This document shows positions 19,942 through 29,999 of a stretch of DNA of 64,000 bases, piece by piece; positions within the stretch are counted from its first letter, which is position 1; every line of letters begins with the position of its first letter. The translations under genes were made by a program, and so were the position numbers. This DNA comes from an uncultured Bacteroidota bacterium (GTDB lineage: Bacteria; Bacteroidota; Bacteroidia; Bacteroidales; VadinHA17), in assembly GCA_903824785.1 (NCBI GenBank), contig CAIJYD010000099.1, positions 35,662 through 99,661 of the forward strand. The letters are read 5' to 3'. Below the pieces are notes generated by a model that made no database searches, was not told where the DNA came from, and saw nothing but the letters and a program-made list of their open reading frames with translations.

Positions 19942-20163
19942 AGCAAATAAATAAATTGACAGAGGAATTTGCCGCCTTTAAGCCGGCATTTGCAGGATTT
20001 GAATTAACAATTATTAAAAAATGAAGTTTTGTTAAAAATTAGTTCAATATTTGTTTGAAAATCGATCTTAAAATGTATTTTTACTTTCGTCGTTTAGTAT
20101 AAAAAACCCATTGGAATCTAACCGCTGAATTTGTAATGATTAAAAATCTAAAAACCATTAACT

Positions 20164-21897
20164 ATGAAAGTTGATTTGAGCTGGATAGATTATCTGATTA
20201 TGATAATCTATTTTTTATTTGTATTGGGTATCGGCTGGTTCCTGCGAAAATTCATGAAAAATGCCAATGCATTTCTTGAGGCCGGCCGATCAATGCCTGC
20301 CTGGGTAGCAGGATTAGCCTTTATCTCCACTAACCTTGGGGCGCTTGAGGTGATGGGTATGACAGGTTCAGGTATGAAATACGGTATGCTGACAACACAT
20401 TTCTACTGGATCGGTGCAATCCCGGCTATGATCTTTCTTGCCCTTTTTATGATGCCTTTTTATTATGGTTCAAAAGCAAGATCGGTGCCTGAATTTCTGA
20501 AACTCAGGTATGATGAAAAGACAAGGGGATTGAATGCTATACTCTTCGCCGTGATGACAGTACTCGCATCGGGGATCTCAATGTATGCACTCGCAATTCT
20601 TATGGAAAACGTTCTTGGGTGGAATTTCAACATGAGTCTGTGGGTTTCAGCCCTTATCGTTCTTGGATACACCTATCTTGGAGGTCTCTCATCTGCAATA
20701 TATAATGAGGTTCTGCAATTCTTCATTATAGTTATCGGCTTATTGCCTCTTGTATTTCTGGCTCTGAAGGATGTTGGCGGATGGGTTGGGCTAAAAGCTC
20801 AGCTTGCGCCTATTTCTCAGGCAAAAGGGTTTGCTGCTGATACATTTACAACTACATGGAAATATTCAGGAGCTGCAGGTTCAAATCCTCTGGGTGTTGA
20901 ATGGTTCGGTATTCTGTTTGGTCTCGGATTTGTACTCTCATTTGGTTACTGGTGTACAAACTTTCTTATCGTTCAGAGAGCATTTGCCGCAGAGTCGAAA
21001 GCAGCAGCAAGAAAAGTTCCCCTTATTGGTGCCATACCAAAAATGTTTATTCCTTTTCTGATAATTGTTCCGGGCATAATTGCGCTTGCCCTGTTTAATA
21101 ACCCCGGAATCGATTTCGCAAAGAATTTTCCTCTCGATGCTGCCGGAAAACCAATATATGACTATACAATTATTATGCTGCTGAAACAATATCTTCCTGC
21201 CGGTGTACTTGGGCTTGGTATTACAGCTTTACTTGCATCTTTCATGTCGGGAATGGCCGGTAACGTCTCTGCTTTCAATACTGTATGGACTTATGATATT
21301 TATCAGAGTTATATCAGACCACGTTCAGGCAACGAGGAAGCTGATGGAAAGCATTACCTGAAAGTTGGTCGTATCGCAACTATTTTCGGTATTCTTTTAA
21401 GTATTGCATCTGCTTATATTGCAAGTAAGTTCGGTAATATTATGGATTTCCTGCAGACAATTTTTTCGTTGATAAATGCTCCTCTGTTTGCAGTAATCTT
21501 TCTTGGTATGTTCTGGAAGCGCACAACAGGGCATGCTGCATTTACAGGATTACTGGCCGGATTTCTGCTGGCTCTCCTGCACCATGGTCTCACAATACCT
21601 GACGGTGCAACAACTTTAGTTAAAGGAGGCTGGATTGCTGTTCTTCACACATATCCTGTCGAGATGGCTCAAAACTTCTGGACCGCAATTATCGCATTTG
21701 GAGTAAGTTCGGTGGTAACAGTCGGATTGACTTTTGTGACCCGACAGAAAAAATCAGATGAAGAGTTGCACGGATTGGTCTATTCTCTTACTCCGCGCGA
21801 ACTGAACGATAGTCATTTGCCATGGTATGAGCGTCCGGCCGGACTCGCAATACTTGTTGGTGTAATTTGTATAGTATTAACAATTATGTTTTGGTAG
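20164..21897 (+). CDS. Sodium:solute symporter family (SGLT-like) transporter
   Basis: 577 aa with about 14 predicted TM segments. SSF blocks (GRSMPAWVAG, YLGGLSSAIYNEVLQ). Substrate not inferable. Confidence 0.85.
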   Translation: MKVDLSWIDYLIMIIYFLFVLGIGWFLRKFMKNANAFLEAGRSMPAWVAGLAFISTNLGALEVMGMTGSGMKYGMLTTHFYWIGAIPAMIFLALFMMPFYYGSKARSVPEFLKLRYDEKTRGLNAILFAVMTVLASGISMYALAILMENVLGWNFNMSLWVSALIVLGYTYLGGLSSAIYNEVLQFFIIVIGLLPLVFLALKDVGGWVGLKAQLAPISQAKGFAADTFTTTWKYSGAAGSNPLGVEWFGILFGLGFVLSFGYWCTNFLIVQRAFAAESKAAARKVPLIGAIPKMFIPFLIIVPGIIALALFNNPGIDFAKNFPLDAAGKPIYDYTIIMLLKQYLPAGVLGLGITALLASFMSGMAGNVSAFNTVWTYDIYQSYIRPRSGNEEADGKHYLKVGRIATIFGILLSIASAYIASKFGNIMDFLQTIFSLINAPLFAVIFLGMFWKRTTGHAAFTGLLAGFLLALLHHGLTIPDGATTLVKGGWIAVLHTYPVEMAQNFWTAIIAFGVSSVVTVGLTFVTRQKKSDEELHGLVYSLTPRELNDSHLPWYERPAGLAILVGVICIVLTIMFW

Positions 21898-21909
21898 GAG
21901 GAAATTAAA

Positions 21910-22110
21910 ATGGTAGATATAAGAATACCTATAGGTCTGATGTTTACGATCATAGGAATATTAATTACAGTATTCGGTTTTGCAACAATGTCAAACACCG
22001 GAATGTATCAGAAATCACTGGGCATCAATGTGAATATCATTATGGGAATTCTGATGCTTGTATTCGGACTGGTAATGCTCTATTTTGCCAGAAGGAAGAA
22101 AAAAGTATAG
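21910..22110 (+). CDS. Small two-TM membrane protein, translationally coupled to the SSS transporter
   Basis: 66 aa with two hydrophobic helices and a basic tail (RRKKKV). Starts 12 nt after the transporter stop. AGGAGG at 21896-21901 lies 8 nt upstream of the ATG. Confidence 0.6.
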   Translation: MVDIRIPIGLMFTIIGILITVFGFATMSNTGMYQKSLGINVNIIMGILMLVFGLVMLYFARRKKKV

Positions 22111-22134
22111 TTTAAAATTCATTTTGTTAATTTT

Positions 22135-22170
22135 TGCGCGGACTTTGGTAAAGTCCGCGCATTTATTATT
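22135..22170 (+). terminator. Rho-independent terminator after the SSS / small-ORF pair
   Basis: Perfect 12-bp stem TGCGCGGACTTT / AAAGTCCGCGCA (22135-22161) with a 3-nt loop, followed by TTTATTATT. Confidence 0.8.
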
Positions 22171-22176
22171 GAGAGT

Positions 22177-23217
22177 ATGGAAAGGATAGTTAAAAGAGGT
22201 TTTGGTAGCGATAATAATGCAGGTATCCATCCGGAGATATTAAATGAACTGATCTCTGTAAACCAAGGACATGTAATTGGTTATGGCCATGATGTTTATA
22301 CTGACAAGGCCATTGAGATCTTTAAACAACAGCTTGGCGATAATGCCGAAACGTTCTTTGTTTTCACAGGAACAGCTGCCAATGTATTGGGGCTTTCAGC
22401 TATTACCCGGGCATGGAATTCCATTATTACTGCATCTACAGCTCACCTGGAGCAGGATGAATGCGGAGCTCCTGAAAAAATGACCGGTTGTAAAGTTTTA
22501 ACTGTTGATACACCTGATGGCAAAGTTGATGCCGGCCTTATTGAGAAGCATATGCACGGTATTGATTTTGAGCATCATAGCCAGCCCAAAGTAATATCAA
22601 TTACCCAGTCAACAGAGATGGGTACAGTTTATACTGCAGCAGAGATAAGGAAGTTAGCAGATTTTGCTCATTCAAATGGAATGCTTCTGCATATGGATGG
22701 TGCACGGATTGCCAACGCAGCTGTCACATTAAATCTCCCGTTCAAAGCTTTTACTACTGATGCAGGAGTTGATGTTCTTTCATTTGGAGGAACAAAAAAC
22801 GGGATGTTGTCGGGAGAAGCTATCTGTTTCCTACGGCCAGGGCTTTCCGATGACTTTAAATATATAAGGAAACAGGGAATGCAGCTAGCATCTAAAATGA
22901 GGTTTATTTCAGCCCAGTACATAGCATATTTCCGTAATGATCTTTGGAAATTAAATGCAACCCATTCAAATTTAATGGCTAAGATTTTTGCTGACAGGTT
23001 ACAGGAATTTTCTGAGCTGAAAATAACCCAGAGTGTTCAATCGAATGGGATTTTTGTAATTATGCCTCAGTCTGTCGCTGAAAAAATGAAGGAGCATTAT
23101 TTTTTCTATCCCTGGGATGAGAAGAGGTCGGAATACAGATTGATGACAAGCTGGGATACAACTATAGAAGATATTGAAGGTTTCATAGTTCTTCTCAAGA
23201 GGGAATTAATTAAATAG
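22177..23217 (+). CDS. ltaE: Low-specificity threonine aldolase family (PLP-dependent)
   Basis: 346 aa in the beta-eliminating lyase / threonine aldolase family. FTGTAANVL, HMDGARIANA, and the PLP-lysine context SFGGTKNG. Confidence 0.8.
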   Translation: MERIVKRGFGSDNNAGIHPEILNELISVNQGHVIGYGHDVYTDKAIEIFKQQLGDNAETFFVFTGTAANVLGLSAITRAWNSIITASTAHLEQDECGAPEKMTGCKVLTVDTPDGKVDAGLIEKHMHGIDFEHHSQPKVISITQSTEMGTVYTAAEIRKLADFAHSNGMLLHMDGARIANAAVTLNLPFKAFTTDAGVDVLSFGGTKNGMLSGEAICFLRPGLSDDFKYIRKQGMQLASKMRFISAQYIAYFRNDLWKLNATHSNLMAKIFADRLQEFSELKITQSVQSNGIFVIMPQSVAEKMKEHYFFYPWDEKRSEYRLMTSWDTTIEDIEGFIVLLKRELIK

Positions 23218-23267
23218 AAGAGATTATTTTATTACAGGTATAAGGCAGAACCTATTAATTAAAATAG

Positions 23268-23297
23268 AAAAGGCTGAATCATGCGATTCAGCCTTTT
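23268..23297. terminator. Bidirectional terminator hairpin between convergent ltaE and tonB
   Basis: Perfect 13-bp stem AAAAGGCTGAATC / GATTCAGCCTTTT with loop ATGC. The A-run and T-run flanks give a U-tract on both strands. Confidence 0.8.
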
Positions 23298-23320
23298 CTT
23301 ATTATCTGTAAAATTCAGTT

Positions 23321-24100
23321 TTACTTAAGGGTAAAGGTAATTGGTACCATATACCATACTGGAACTGGTTTTCCACCTTGTTTTCCAGGTTTGAAAACCG
23401 GAAGAGTGTTAACAACCCTGATTGCCTCAGCATCGAGTTCGGGGTCAACACCTTTCAGGATACTTACCTGACTAACACCACCTTTGGAAGTAACACAGAA
23501 CCTGATGATTACTCTTCCCTGAATGTTGTTTTCTTTAGCAATTTCAGGATAGTTAGTATGTTCTGCAATGAACTTCAAAAGTTCGGAATCCCCACCAGGG
23601 AACATTGGCATCTCTTCTACAACAACAAAAGGAGTGGCTTCGGGATCTTCTTCCTGAACTTCCTCTTTTGGTGCTTCAACGATTTCCACCACCTCTTCGT
23701 TTTTAACTTCAGCCTGAGCCTGATCGGCAGTCATAAACTCTTTTACATCTTCTGGTTTAATAGAGTCTACTACTACAGGAGGCACATACTTCTGTTGTTG
23801 AACAACGTCAGCCGGGGGAGGAGGAGGAGGAGGAGGAGGAGGAGCAACCTCATTTGGTGTATCCAGATTCTCCATCTTGATCTCTACCTGTCTCTCAGCA
23901 CGTTTTTGTCTGTTTTCTAAAGCTTTTGCATTAAGATAAGGAGTAATAATTGCTGTAGATAAAATCACTATTCCAACTGCTAATGCAACAAGTACTGTAC
24001 GATTGTACTTGGAACGTAGTTTATAAGCTCCGTATTCCTTATTCCTGTCTTCGAACACAATATCGTCAAAGGCAGGAGCTTTTACTTTTTCTTTTGCCAT
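23321..24100 (-). CDS. tonB: TonB family energy transducer
   Basis: 259 aa. N-terminal anchor, a run of 10 Pro, an acidic linker, and a C-terminal TonB_C-like domain (GGDSELLKFIAEHTNYPEIAKENNIQGRVIIRF). Confidence 0.88.
   Translation of the reverse strand: MAKEKVKAPAFDDIVFEDRNKEYGAYKLRSKYNRTVLVALAVGIVILSTAIITPYLNAKALENRQKRAERQVEIKMENLDTPNEVAPPPPPPPPPPADVVQQQKYVPPVVVDSIKPEDVKEFMTADQAQAEVKNEEVVEIVEAPKEEVQEEDPEATPFVVVEEMPMFPGGDSELLKFIAEHTNYPEIAKENNIQGRVIIRFCVTSKGGVSQVSILKGVDPELDAEAIRVVNTLPVFKPGKQGGKPVPVWYMVPITFTLK
23817..23843. repeat. Trinucleotide microsatellite (GGA on plus / CCT codons on minus) inside tonB
   Basis: About nine GGA units read directly. On the coding strand this is eight consecutive CCT codons plus CCC CCG, giving 10 Pro. 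Confidence 0.9.
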
Positions 24101-24119
24101 TTTCTTATAGGTTTACGGT

Positions 24120-24785
24120 TTATTTCTGGGCTGTTGCAGGAGCTGATGGAATACCGGCTGCGGCTTCCACCATCTTCTCTTCAAACCAGGCAATATCAAC
24201 AAACGTATAACGGGCAATTCCGCAGATATTCATCTCATCGAGGATATCTACAAAGTTTCCGTAGTTAGCTTTCTTATAAGCTTTTATAAGAACAATAGGA
24301 CCGGTGTCATCATCAGTTTTCAACTTTCTGATACCTGAAAGAAGTGAATCCTGTGAAATAACAAGTTTTCCTGTCAGTACCTGTTCATTGTAATCAGCTA
24401 TTTTTTTAGCAAGCGATCTGTTTCTTTCAAGGAGCATCTCGCGAATTCCTGTGGGACTAAAATCTACCTGCGAAACAGGTGGAAGATTGGTATAGTCTTC
24501 TGGTTTTACGGCTCCGGGGTACCAATAAATTAAATTATCAGGACCAAGGATGATGTTCAATGTACGACTGGCAGAGATCCTGGGAGCTTCCTGTTTGGTT
24601 GGATCTTTGATCTTCTCCGGAAGATTGATCTCCATGATCTTTGGCTTGCTAAAGGCTGTTGTAAGCATAAAGAACGTGATAAGCAGACACATAAGGTCAA
24701 CCATCGGTGTCATATCAATATGCGGCGCGTGTTTCTTCGCTTTTTTCTTTCCGCCTGCTTTTTCCTCTTGAATTATTTCTGCCAT
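24120..24785 (-). CDS. exbD: ExbD/TolR family biopolymer transport protein (long form)
   Basis: 221 aa. HIDMTPMVDLMCLLITFFM signature and TM helix of the ExbD/TolR family. Confidence 0.88.
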   Translation of the reverse strand: MAEIIQEEKAGGKKKAKKHAPHIDMTPMVDLMCLLITFFMLTTAFSKPKIMEINLPEKIKDPTKQEAPRISASRTLNIILGPDNLIYWYPGAVKPEDYTNLPPVSQVDFSPTGIREMLLERNRSLAKKIADYNEQVLTGKLVISQDSLLSGIRKLKTDDDTGPIVLIKAYKKANYGNFVDILDEMNICGIARYTFVDIAWFEEKMVEAAAGIPSAPATAQK

Positions 24786-24786
24786 A

Positions 24787-25425
24787 TCACTTTTGTATTT
24801 CTGCGAGGTTTATTTTAGCTGCTTCAAGATTTGTGATCAGGTTAAACTTGTACACATTCTTGTCTGCCATAATATCAAGGACCTTTTTAACAATAGGAAA
24901 CCCTGTCTTAGTATCACCTTTTATACAAGCCTGTATATTAGGGTTTACCTGACGTGCAAAGAGTATCCATAATGCTAACTGATTATCAGTTGAGTCAACC
25001 GGAATACCCGTTTGAAACGATGACATCTCCTTAGCGTCTTTAGCTGCTAAAAATTCCTTCATTTTAAGAATTGGAACACCCATTGATGCAGGGTATTTCT
25101 CAAATCCTCTTAGCTCAGTTTCCGTGAACTCAATATTGTACCTTTTGCCCATTTCAGCAAGAATTTTTGGTCTGAATTTAAAAGCAGTATCAGGTCCGTT
25201 ATCAAAATTCAGGAATACTCTGTCATCATTTGAAAGAATAAGAGTCAGTGTATTAAAATCAGGTGTAGGTTTCTCTGATATAGAATAGGGCGTATCGACA
25301 GGTGCCGGCTCCTGCTGTCTCATAGTAGCTGTCAGCATCAGAAATGTTAACACTACAGAGAACAGGTCAACCATCGGCGTCATGTCGATATGGGGCGACT
25401 TTGTTGGTAATTTAATCTTTGGCAT
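24787..25425 (-). CDS. exbD: ExbD/TolR family biopolymer transport protein (second paralog)
   Basis: 212 aa. HIDMTPMVDLFSVVLTFLM signature. Its stop is adjacent to the next exbD start. Confidence 0.88.
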   Translation of the reverse strand: MPKIKLPTKSPHIDMTPMVDLFSVVLTFLMLTATMRQQEPAPVDTPYSISEKPTPDFNTLTLILSNDDRVFLNFDNGPDTAFKFRPKILAEMGKRYNIEFTETELRGFEKYPASMGVPILKMKEFLAAKDAKEMSSFQTGIPVDSTDNQLALWILFARQVNPNIQACIKGDTKTGFPIVKKVLDIMADKNVYKFNLITNLEAAKINLAEIQK

Positions 25426-25471
25426 TGTAGTTTAATATTAATTTATTTGAACCAAAAGATAAAATTTATGA

Positions 25472-26290
25472 TTAGTGGCTTTTCAGTGATCCTGCAAAAT
25501 TCTGGGTCAGGCTGAAACCTGCTTCATCAATTTTAAATGTGTAACCGTCAATTGTAGATGAATAATAATTAAAAGCAATAATTGCTAATGTAGACCCTGT
25601 AATACCAAACGCTGTGTTGATAAGGGCTTCAGAAATACCTGTTGCAAGAGCAAGGGCATCAGGAGCACCAGACTGTGCAAGAGCAGCGAATGCACGGATC
25701 ATACCAAGAACTGTACCAATAAGACCGATTAACACTGAAATAGAGGCAAGTGTAGAGAAAATAACCATGTTTTTTGAAAGCATTGGCAGCTCAAGAGCTG
25801 TAGCTTCTTCAAATGATTTCTGAATTGACAGAATCTTCTGATCTTTTTCCAGAGCGGGGTCTTTCTGAAGGTCGCGATAACGCAACAGACCTGCTTTCAT
25901 TACGTTGGCTAAAGAACCTTTTTGTTTGTCGCAAGCTTCCATGGCTTCTTCAATCTTATCTTCTGAAAGAAGAACCTGAAGGTTGCTGACAAAAGAATTT
26001 AATCTTCCTTTTCCTTTTGCTCTGGATAGGGTAATCGCTCTCTCAACGATGAAAATGAGAAGAACTAATACGCATGTCATCAGGATTGGAACAATGTAAC
26101 CACCTTTGTAGATGATTCCGAGATAGTTACCTTCGAGTGCCGCTCCATTTGGATTATCACCTTCAAAATTCACAGGATTACCCATAAGTTGTGTGAACAA
26201 AATATAGGAAACTATAAAAGCTATTAAAATAGCACTTGTTGCAAAAATATTCTGCAACGCATCTTTGATCGAACTTCCTTGTTTACTCAT
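25472..26290 (-). CDS. exbB: MotA/TolQ/ExbB proton channel protein
   Basis: 272 aa. Three TM helices and the conserved C-terminal block GLIGTVLGMIRAF...ISEALINTAFG. Confidence 0.9.
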   Translation of the reverse strand: MSKQGSSIKDALQNIFATSAILIAFIVSYILFTQLMGNPVNFEGDNPNGAALEGNYLGIIYKGGYIVPILMTCVLVLLIFIVERAITLSRAKGKGRLNSFVSNLQVLLSEDKIEEAMEACDKQKGSLANVMKAGLLRYRDLQKDPALEKDQKILSIQKSFEEATALELPMLSKNMVIFSTLASISVLIGLIGTVLGMIRAFAALAQSGAPDALALATGISEALINTAFGITGSTLAIIAFNYYSSTIDGYTFKIDEAGFSLTQNFAGSLKSH

Positions 26291-26329
26291 TTTTTATCGA
26301 TTTGTTTAGGTTTAAGATTTTACGATTTG

Positions 26330-26337
26330 CAAATATA
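26330..26337 (-). promoter_or_regulatory. Candidate -7 promoter box (TATATTTG on minus strand) upstream of exbB
   Basis: Plus strand reads CAAATATA, 40 nt upstream of the exbB ATG at 26290. Fits TAnnTTTG. Confidence 0.3.
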
Positions 26338-26492
26338 TATTATGAATTGTTTTTTTCCAATAGACCAAAGAATAATGTTAATCTTTTAATACAGTTTAGA
26401 ATAATTCTCATAACAAAAAGACCGTCAAGATAACATTATACCCTTTCCTTTCAACAGTTTAGTTAATTTTTTATTTTTCAATAATTTCTTAT

Positions 26493-28733
26493 TTATTGTG
26501 TAAGGGTAACATTATATACTCTTGATTTTGTTATTGGTATTTCCTGCGATTTATACCCTTTAGCGCTGATAATCAGAATCTCCGAGCCCTGGGGTATCTC
26601 AAATTTAAACTCTCCCTTGCTGTTTGAAAGATTTTCGGCTGCAGTGTCTTTTACCCTGATTGATGCGTATGGTAAAAGCTGGCCGGTACCATTTTTTATA
26701 ATTCCTTTAATTTCATTCGGGTTGATACCTTTTTTAATCTGAGCCTCAAAATCGCGGATATATGTCAACTGGCTTTTTGCTGATGCGTTATTTGGTTCAA
26801 AAGCGAGAATTTGTTTGTATGCTTCTGCTGCTCTTGAGAGATAAGGAAGCCTTCCTTCATTTGTCTTTTCGCCTGATGTAGAACGTAGTTCAACAGAACC
26901 GATGCCGCTGTATCCCCTGATCTTATACTCTTTATTGTTTGCATCCAGATTAACCATTCTGTTATAATATTCCTTGGATATGCTGAAGTTCTCGTTTATC
27001 ATGTGGAAATAACTCAGATAGCCGAAAGCTTCCATCATTTCTGACTCATATTTTATTGAATCAGTTTGTGCAACGGTGATAAGTTTTTCAAATTTTGGTT
27101 TTGCAAGTCCGAGTTTAGTGTCAGGATCCATCTTGGAATAGGTACGTGCAATGAAAAGATACCCGGGAACATAATTCGGCGATTTTTTGGTAACAATATT
27201 GAATACGGAATCAGCTGTTTTAAATTTCTCTCCGCTGTAATAGGCGCGTCCAACACGCATATAATCTTCAACATCCTCTTTATTCGGGTCAATCATTTTT
27301 GACCATGTTTTTGCGGCACCTTCAAACCTTTTGTAGTTGTAGTAATTGTTTGCAATTTCATTAAGAAGGTTTTTGTCCTGAGGATTAAACTCCAGACGTT
27401 TTGCATATTCACCAAATGCTCTCTCTATTTCAGAATCGGCTTTTGCTACCTCTTTTTCAAGATTTGTTGTCTTATTTGTAAGATCATCAACAGTTCCTTT
27501 ATATTTTGCCTTATCAGCAGGTGTAACTGCTGTTGCCTGTTTAGCTTTTTCTTTTTCAACCTGAGCCTTAAGTGTATTCAACTCTTCAACCATCTTCGGA
27601 TAATTCTGGTTTTTCTTCAGAAGAATCCTGGCCATATAATAATAGTCTTTCGGAATAATACGTTCGGGAGCAACAGTTTTGAAAAGTGTTTCCATATAAT
27701 CAAGAGCCTTGTCGTAATTTGGAGGGGTCTTTTCATAGCTTGAATAACCGGCAATACGGTTCATGTATGTTCTCGACTTATCAATGGTAAAGATCTGTTC
27801 AACATTCTTTATAACCTCATCATATTCTTTCGAATAGAAAAGAGAATTCACATATCTTGTCTTTGCAGGGATGTTTCCCTGTGTAAGGGCAAGATATTTT
27901 TCAAAATATTGCTTTGATTGTTCAAACCTGCCTGCCTGAGAATATAATTGTCCGAGTTCGCGGTAAGCCGGAGCATAATTGGCATTAAGTTCAATTGCCT
28001 GTTCAAAAAACGGAATTGCAGCCTGAAGGGCGCGGCCTTTTACATAAATATATCCAATTTTCATGTTCGCAGTTGGCGACTCAGGGTCAGCAAATTGAGC
28101 CTGATTATAATTCATAATTGCCTTAGAACCGTCATTTACAAGGATATAAATATCGCCGGTAATTAAATATACGTCTCTGCTTTTGTTGTCAATTTTGATA
28201 GCTTCCCTAATGAGTGGCAATGTTAATGTAGTGTCAACTTCACCATCCTTTATATAGGATTCAGCGATTTTAGCAAGTGTAAATGCATAATCTTTGGCTG
28301 GAGGAACTATTTTTTTTAAGTTTTTGTATGGAAGGAGAAAACTCTTTGCTTTGGCACGCATTTCAGCAGCAGTTTTGTCATCGCCCAGATAGTAAGCAAC
28401 TTTTGCAAGGCCTATATAGTTGAGCGGATCATTGGGATTTGCATCAACTCCTTTCTGATAGACCTCTTTTGCTGATTTAGCGGCAACAGTTAAGGAATTG
28501 GAGATGGTATCGGCAAAATAATCCAAAAGGTAATTCTCACCTAAGTAGAAATAATTATTGCTGTTGGCAGGCTCTTTCTGGATCAACTCCTTTAGCATTG
28601 CTTCGGCTTTATCGTACTGTTCGCTTCTTGTCAGAAGAGTTGCAGTATTTAAATCCTGCGCTTTAATGTTAATTGCAAAAATTGTCAAAAATACTGCCAG
28701 TAAAACTGCTGGTCTTAAAGTTAAACGTTTCAT
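26493..28733 (-). CDS. Secreted TPR-repeat protein with C-terminal carboxypeptidase-regulatory-like domain
   Basis: 746 aa with a signal peptide (…INIKAQ) and many TPR-like units. The C-terminal ~80 aa (IKGIIKNGTGQLLPYASIRVKD…SKGEFKFEIP) resembles CarboxypepD_reg. Confidence 0.7.
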   Translation of the reverse strand: MKRLTLRPAVLLAVFLTIFAINIKAQDLNTATLLTRSEQYDKAEAMLKELIQKEPANSNNYFYLGENYLLDYFADTISNSLTVAAKSAKEVYQKGVDANPNDPLNYIGLAKVAYYLGDDKTAAEMRAKAKSFLLPYKNLKKIVPPAKDYAFTLAKIAESYIKDGEVDTTLTLPLIREAIKIDNKSRDVYLITGDIYILVNDGSKAIMNYNQAQFADPESPTANMKIGYIYVKGRALQAAIPFFEQAIELNANYAPAYRELGQLYSQAGRFEQSKQYFEKYLALTQGNIPAKTRYVNSLFYSKEYDEVIKNVEQIFTIDKSRTYMNRIAGYSSYEKTPPNYDKALDYMETLFKTVAPERIIPKDYYYMARILLKKNQNYPKMVEELNTLKAQVEKEKAKQATAVTPADKAKYKGTVDDLTNKTTNLEKEVAKADSEIERAFGEYAKRLEFNPQDKNLLNEIANNYYNYKRFEGAAKTWSKMIDPNKEDVEDYMRVGRAYYSGEKFKTADSVFNIVTKKSPNYVPGYLFIARTYSKMDPDTKLGLAKPKFEKLITVAQTDSIKYESEMMEAFGYLSYFHMINENFSISKEYYNRMVNLDANNKEYKIRGYSGIGSVELRSTSGEKTNEGRLPYLSRAAEAYKQILAFEPNNASAKSQLTYIRDFEAQIKKGINPNEIKGIIKNGTGQLLPYASIRVKDTAAENLSNSKGEFKFEIPQGSEILIISAKGYKSQEIPITKSRVYNVTLTQ

Positions 28734-28847
28734 AGCTATTGTTATTTGTTGTCAATTATGGTATTAATTTATGATTCTATTTTCAATTCTCTTATTTCCT
28801 ATATTATCCTGTTCTCTATTATTTATACTACTATCAGGCACCATGGA

Positions 28848-29771
28848 CTATTTTTTAATCTGCACCAGTCTTATTGGCATTGTTGCAGGTACCAGCCCCG
28901 ATTTGAGTACGATTCTCTGTCCCTGCTCCGCACATGCCCAGTTAATAAAACCCGTACCAAGCCCTGCAAATGTCTCTCTCGAAATAAGATAAATTTCTCT
29001 TACAAAAGGGTAAGATTTGTCATATATCGATCCCTGATACGGACGATAATAAGTGCCATCATTGACAAATTGCTGTGAAACGGCAACCACATTTATCTTA
29101 TTTATGAAACTCATGCTCAACGAATCATCCTTATCACTTATCCAGTTAACGCTCACAATACCGAGAGCATCGCTATTGCGGGAAACAAAACTGATAACTT
29201 CCGAATTATTATTGACAGCAAAGAAATTTCCGGAAAGCGAATCTTTGATCCCAAAGAGTTCTTTAAAATATCTTATGTTCCCCGATTTATTGTTGTCAAA
29301 TATAACACGAATATCGCCAAGTTTTGATTTTGGATCGATATCTTTCCATTTTTTTAACTTTCCAAGAAAAATATCTTTAATGTTATTGTATTTAAGAAGG
29401 GTGTCCTTGTTCTCTTTGTTAATTACAATCGCAAGGCCATCATAGGCATAGGATGAAGTGCGTGCAATTATCTGGGTGTCGCGGAGATACTGAATCTGAT
29501 AATCTGTAAGTTTTTTGCTGGTAACAATTACTTTAACGGAATCATTCATAAAATCGTTAATGACGTCGTATTCAGGCTTATACTGCGGTTTTATTTTTGC
29601 GTTTGCATATAAATGAGTAAAGGTAAATACCTCAGTATCAATGAGCGGCTGAAATGATTCATCTACAGTGATTTTGATACTTCCGCGGGTAGGCGTTTCA
29701 GTCACACCTGTTTTACCTCCTCCTGTACAAGATGCAATAATAAAAAGCAACCCTATAAGAGGATAACGCAT
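28848..29771 (-). CDS. PstS-like periplasmic substrate-binding (PBP type 2) lipoprotein
   Basis: The track ORF is 381 aa. I place the start at the internal Met (MRYPLIGLLFIIASC), which gives a lipoprotein signal; the upstream 74 codons look non-coding. The body resembles phosphate-binding-protein-like domains found in Bacteroidota TonB clusters. Confidence 0.65.
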   Translation of the reverse strand: MRYPLIGLLFIIASCTGGGKTGVTETPTRGSIKITVDESFQPLIDTEVFTFTHLYANAKIKPQYKPEYDVINDFMNDSVKVIVTSKKLTDYQIQYLRDTQIIARTSSYAYDGLAIVINKENKDTLLKYNNIKDIFLGKLKKWKDIDPKSKLGDIRVIFDNNKSGNIRYFKELFGIKDSLSGNFFAVNNNSEVISFVSRNSDALGIVSVNWISDKDDSLSMSFINKINVVAVSQQFVNDGTYYRPYQGSIYDKSYPFVREIYLISRETFAGLGTGFINWACAEQGQRIVLKSGLVPATMPIRLVQIKK

Positions 29772-29999
29772 TTTCGTATATAAAATATGATTGATATTAT
29801 TGTTCACTAAAATACTGTTGCGGAAATTATTGTTCCGGCTCGCAATGTTAATAAAATTTTGAATAACTGATACTCTTTTCATCTTCTTAAAATTTATCAA
29901 AGTTTGATTATTTTCTACTTTATCAGCCGCAAAGTGTATGCCAAGCCTGATCTGAAATGAAATAATCTCTCCTGACAAGGTATTCCTGTTCAAAATATA

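Noticed and set aside
23378-23920. 180-aa plus-strand ORF containing an RRRRRRRR run
   Set aside because: It is antisense to the well-supported tonB gene. The Arg run is simply the other-strand reading of the (GGA)n / poly-Pro microsatellite.
29772-29993. N-terminal 74 codons of the track ORF 28848-29993
   Set aside because: The composition is Asn/Ile-rich and non-protein-like. A lipoprotein signal peptide begins at the internal Met (29771), which I take as the true start. The upstream stretch is more likely the promoter region of the cluster.
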